Assembly: GCA_040767965.1 (NCBI GenBank)
Contig: JAXGNR010000004.1
Coordinates: 160,001-224,000, forward strand
Origin: Atribacterota bacterium
GTDB lineage: Bacteria; Atribacterota; Phoenicimicrobiia; Phoenicimicrobiales; Stramentimicrobiaceae
Direction: 5' to 3'
DNA: 64,000 nt
Positions 61,075 to 64,000 of this stretch are shown here, piece after piece; within the stretch, counting starts at the first letter, position 1; every line of letters begins with the position of its first letter. The position numbers and the translations under genes were made by a program. The notes beneath the pieces are model-generated. The model saw only the letters and a program-made list of their open reading frames with translations, made no database searches and was not told where the DNA came from.

Positions 61075-62502
61075 ATGTTTAGGCTGAAAGATCTGGCAAG
61101 TGTTATACCAGGAGCAATTATTTTAGGGGATCCACAAACTGAATGGAAAGATATTTCCATCGACAGCAGAACAATCAAGGCAGGTGCCATTTTTTTTGCA
61201 ATACGAGGAGAAAAATTTGATGGACATCAATTTATAGTGAAAGCTTGCGAAGAAGGAGCATCAGCAATTGTTCTGGAAAATAGCTTTTATAACAATCATC
61301 AGCATTTGCATCAAGAGTTAGCCCAACCATTTTTATTAGTAGATAACACCATTGTAGCATTGCAATTATGGTCTCATTTTTATCATTCTTTATTTAAACC
61401 TCTTAATATCTGCATTACAGGCAGTAATGGCAAAACTACTACCAAAGAATTAACTGCTCATCTCTTAAAAAATAAATACCATGTCTTAAAATCACACGGC
61501 AATTTTAACAATGAAATTGGTGTGCCGTTAACTTTGCTCAATCTAAACAAGCAGCATGATGTATTAGTAATGGAGATGGCTGCACAAAAAACAGGAGAGA
61601 TTAGAGAGTTAACAAATATTGTTAAGCCGGATATAGCAATTATTACCAATATTGGCGAAGCTCATATTGGATTGTTTGGCAATAAAGAAAATATCGTCAG
61701 AGAAAAGGCTGAAATAATTTTATCTCTGAAAGATAAAGGAACAGCTATTTTAAATAGGGATGACCATTATTTTGAATATCTAAAGAGTTGTACTTCAATA
61801 CATAATGATATAATCAGTTTTGGCTTTCATACTGATGCTGATTTGAGGGCGGGAGACCTCGAGCAGGAAGAAACAGGTAATATGCAATGTAAATTGTATT
61901 ATGAAAATCAGGAATACAAGCTTTTATTGCCATTTTTAGGCCTTTTTAATATTTATAATACCTTAGCCGCTTTAGCAGTGGGAATAAAAATGCATATTGC
62001 TATTGAGGAAATGATTGAACTTCTAAAGGAATTTAATATTCCCTTAATGCATATGGAGAACCGTCAGATGCAAAATGATATAACCTTAGTAAATGATTGC
62101 TATAATGCCAATCCAACTGCTGTAAAAGAAGCTCTAAAGAGTATTGCCCATTTGCCTGGTGAGAAAAATAAAATAGCTATACTGGGAGATATGCTGGAGT
62201 TGGGAGAGCAATCCTCTTTTTATCATCAGGAAATAGGGAAAACAGTGGCAGAACTCTCTTTTGATCTTTTGTTCGTTTATGGAGATGAGGCCAGTTGGAT
62301 AGCTAAAGGAGCAAGAGAACAGGGAATGCCAGCTCAAAAAATATACCATTTTGAACGAAATAATATAGAGGGATTAGTTATAAAATTAAAAAAAGTAATT
62401 CCTCAAAATAGCATTGCTTTAATAAAAGGTTCAAGAGGTATGCAGATGGAGCAAATTTTCTGCTTATGGGAGAAATGTTCTATAGAGAAGGAGAATTGTT
62501 GA
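61075..62502 (+). CDS. murF: MurF ligase
   Basis: ITGSNGKTTTKE, NNEIGVP, DCYNANP, GDMLELG, KGSRG. Confidence 0.96.
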   Translation: MFRLKDLASVIPGAIILGDPQTEWKDISIDSRTIKAGAIFFAIRGEKFDGHQFIVKACEEGASAIVLENSFYNNHQHLHQELAQPFLLVDNTIVALQLWSHFYHSLFKPLNICITGSNGKTTTKELTAHLLKNKYHVLKSHGNFNNEIGVPLTLLNLNKQHDVLVMEMAAQKTGEIRELTNIVKPDIAIITNIGEAHIGLFGNKENIVREKAEIILSLKDKGTAILNRDDHYFEYLKSCTSIHNDIISFGFHTDADLRAGDLEQEETGNMQCKLYYENQEYKLLLPFLGLFNIYNTLAALAVGIKMHIAIEEMIELLKEFNIPLMHMENRQMQNDITLVNDCYNANPTAVKEALKSIAHLPGEKNKIAILGDMLELGEQSSFYHQEIGKTVAELSFDLLFVYGDEASWIAKGAREQGMPAQKIYHFERNNIEGLVIKLKKVIPQNSIALIKGSRGMQMEQIFCLWEKCSIEKENC

Positions 62503-62506
62503 AATA

Positions 62507-63466
62507 ATGAAAGTATTGCTATCTTTTATTATTGCTTTTATAATTCCTATTTTCTTAACTCCTTTTTTTATTAAAATTCAAAAAAAATACCGAATCGGAC
62601 AAAGAATTAGACAGGAAGGCCCTGACCTGCATCAGCATAAATCCGGAACTCCCACCATGGGAGGCCTGATGATATATATGGCAGTTGCTGTAGCATTGCT
62701 TTTCTTCCAGTCAAAAGATATCAATGTCTATATAATCTTTTTTTTATTAATCAGTTTTGGGATAGTTGGGTTTTTAGATGATTTTATAAAAAATTATAAA
62801 GAAAGATCTTTAGGATTGAAAGCAAGAACAAAGATTCTCCTGCAGCTGATTATTTGCGTGCTTTTTTTATACTGGCATAGTCAGCATAGTTCTTTTAACC
62901 AGAATATATTAATTCCTTTTTTGCATAAATCATTTTATTTACAAAAAATATTTTATATACCTTTTGTTATTTTAGTTTTTATTTCTTCGACTAATGCCGT
63001 AAATTTAACAGATGGATTAGATGGCTTGGCAACAGGATTAATGATTATTGCTTTATTTGCTTTTGCTGTTATTGCTTTTTTCCAAAAGCAAACTGAAATT
63101 CTCTTTTTTATAATTATATTGATTTCAGCCTGTGCTGGATTTTTAATATTCAATTATCATCCAGCAAGGATATTCTTAGGAGATGTAGGCTCTTTAGGAT
63201 TAGGCGGTGCATTGGCCGGGATTGCAATCCTGACCGGAACTGAATTGTATCTGCTCTTAATAGGTGGCGTCTTTGTTGCAGAAACACTTTCAGTAATAAT
63301 TCAAGTATTGTCAATAAAATATCGTAAAAAGCCTATTTTTAGGATGAGTCCGGTTCATCACCATTTTGAGCTCTTAAAATGGAGAGAAAAAAAAATAGTT
63401 TCATTGTTTTGGGGCACTGGAGTTATTCTGGCGATATTGGGAATAATTGCTTACCCTTTTTCTTAA
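62507..63466 (+). CDS. mraY: Phospho-N-acetylmuramoyl-pentapeptide transferase
   Basis: K.GTPTMGG, NLTDGLDGL, HHHFEL. Confidence 0.97.
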   Translation: MKVLLSFIIAFIIPIFLTPFFIKIQKKYRIGQRIRQEGPDLHQHKSGTPTMGGLMIYMAVAVALLFFQSKDINVYIIFFLLISFGIVGFLDDFIKNYKERSLGLKARTKILLQLIICVLFLYWHSQHSSFNQNILIPFLHKSFYLQKIFYIPFVILVFISSTNAVNLTDGLDGLATGLMIIALFAFAVIAFFQKQTEILFFIIILISACAGFLIFNYHPARIFLGDVGSLGLGGALAGIAILTGTELYLLLIGGVFVAETLSVIIQVLSIKYRKKPIFRMSPVHHHFELLKWREKKIVSLFWGTGVILAILGIIAYPFS

Positions 63467-63508
63467 TTAATAAAACAGAAAAGCTTTATTTAGAAGGAAA
63501 TTACAGAA

Positions 63509-64000
63509 ATGAATATATCTGACAACAAGCAGCCTGATTATTTTTTACTGGGAATTATATTTGTTTTAATGACTTTTGGCATTATTATGGTTTTCAGTTC
63601 CAGCTATATTATGGCTTACAAATGGTATGACAACAGTTATTATTTTTTTAACAGACAGATTATCAATGCTTTTATTGCAATTTTAGCTTTTATTATTGCT
63701 TTGAATATTGATTATCATTTTTGGCAGAAAGTTGCCATTCCAGTTCTAATATTATCTATTTTATTGTTGATCTTGATATATGTCCCCGGTCTTGGTCGTC
63801 ATGTAAGAGGAGCTAAGAGGTGGTTGGATTTAGGACCTATTCCCCTGCAGCCTTCTGAATTTGCTAAATTTGCACTGGTATTATATATTGCTGACAGGCT
63901 TACCAGGAAAAATGATAGAATTATAAGCACTTTTGTGAGTGGGATTTTGCCGGTATTTATCATAACAGGATTAATATTTGTTCTGGTATACGAACAGCCC
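63509..64000 (+). CDS. ftsW: FtsW/SEDS protein (3' truncated by window edge)
   Basis: ATG 63509: MNISDNKQPDY...GIIMVFSSS...GAKRWL...QPSEFAK. Confidence 0.92.
   Translation, partial: MNISDNKQPDYFLLGIIFVLMTFGIIMVFSSSYIMAYKWYDNSYYFFNRQIINAFIAILAFIIALNIDYHFWQKVAIPVLILSILLLILIYVPGLGRHVRGAKRWLDLGPIPLQPSEFAKFALVLYIADRLTRKNDRIISTFVSGILPVFIITGLIFVLVYEQP

Overview
Low-GC bacterial chromosome segment from a diderm with a Terrabacteria-type envelope: SLH-porin, short BamA, and a Firmicutes-like dcw cluster and mfd/mazG order. Atribacterota (JS1-like) is my guess from gene content only. Housekeeping and envelope genes: partial mfd, mazG, a TolC/MFP/RND pump, bamA-skp-lptB, scattered lptC/lptA/lptD/lptF(G), an OmpM-like porin, phosphoglucomutase, yggS, rlmN, tRNA-Ile2, rnpB and the start of dcw (no murD). 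Between them lie two accessory lipoprotein-rich regions. The first (16.6-21.9 kb) has PEGA-like lipoproteins plus a metacaspase and a clostripain. The second (29.9-44.3 kb) has an ECF sigma / carbohydrate-binding anti-sigma pair, Cys-rich acidic (GE)n lipoproteins, thioredoxin-fold proteins and an O-ligase/OTase. Main observations: (1) an HUH (RAYT-like) transposase inside perfect 34-bp inverted repeats, whose 27-bp core recurs five times, always in the sense orientation just after a TAA stop; (2) an identical ECF promoter (TGTAAC-N16-CGTATA) in front of the anti-sigma and only one of two Cys-rich paralogs; (3) a c-di-GMP-I riboswitch upstream of yggS. All calls come from reading the sequence; no database searches were run.
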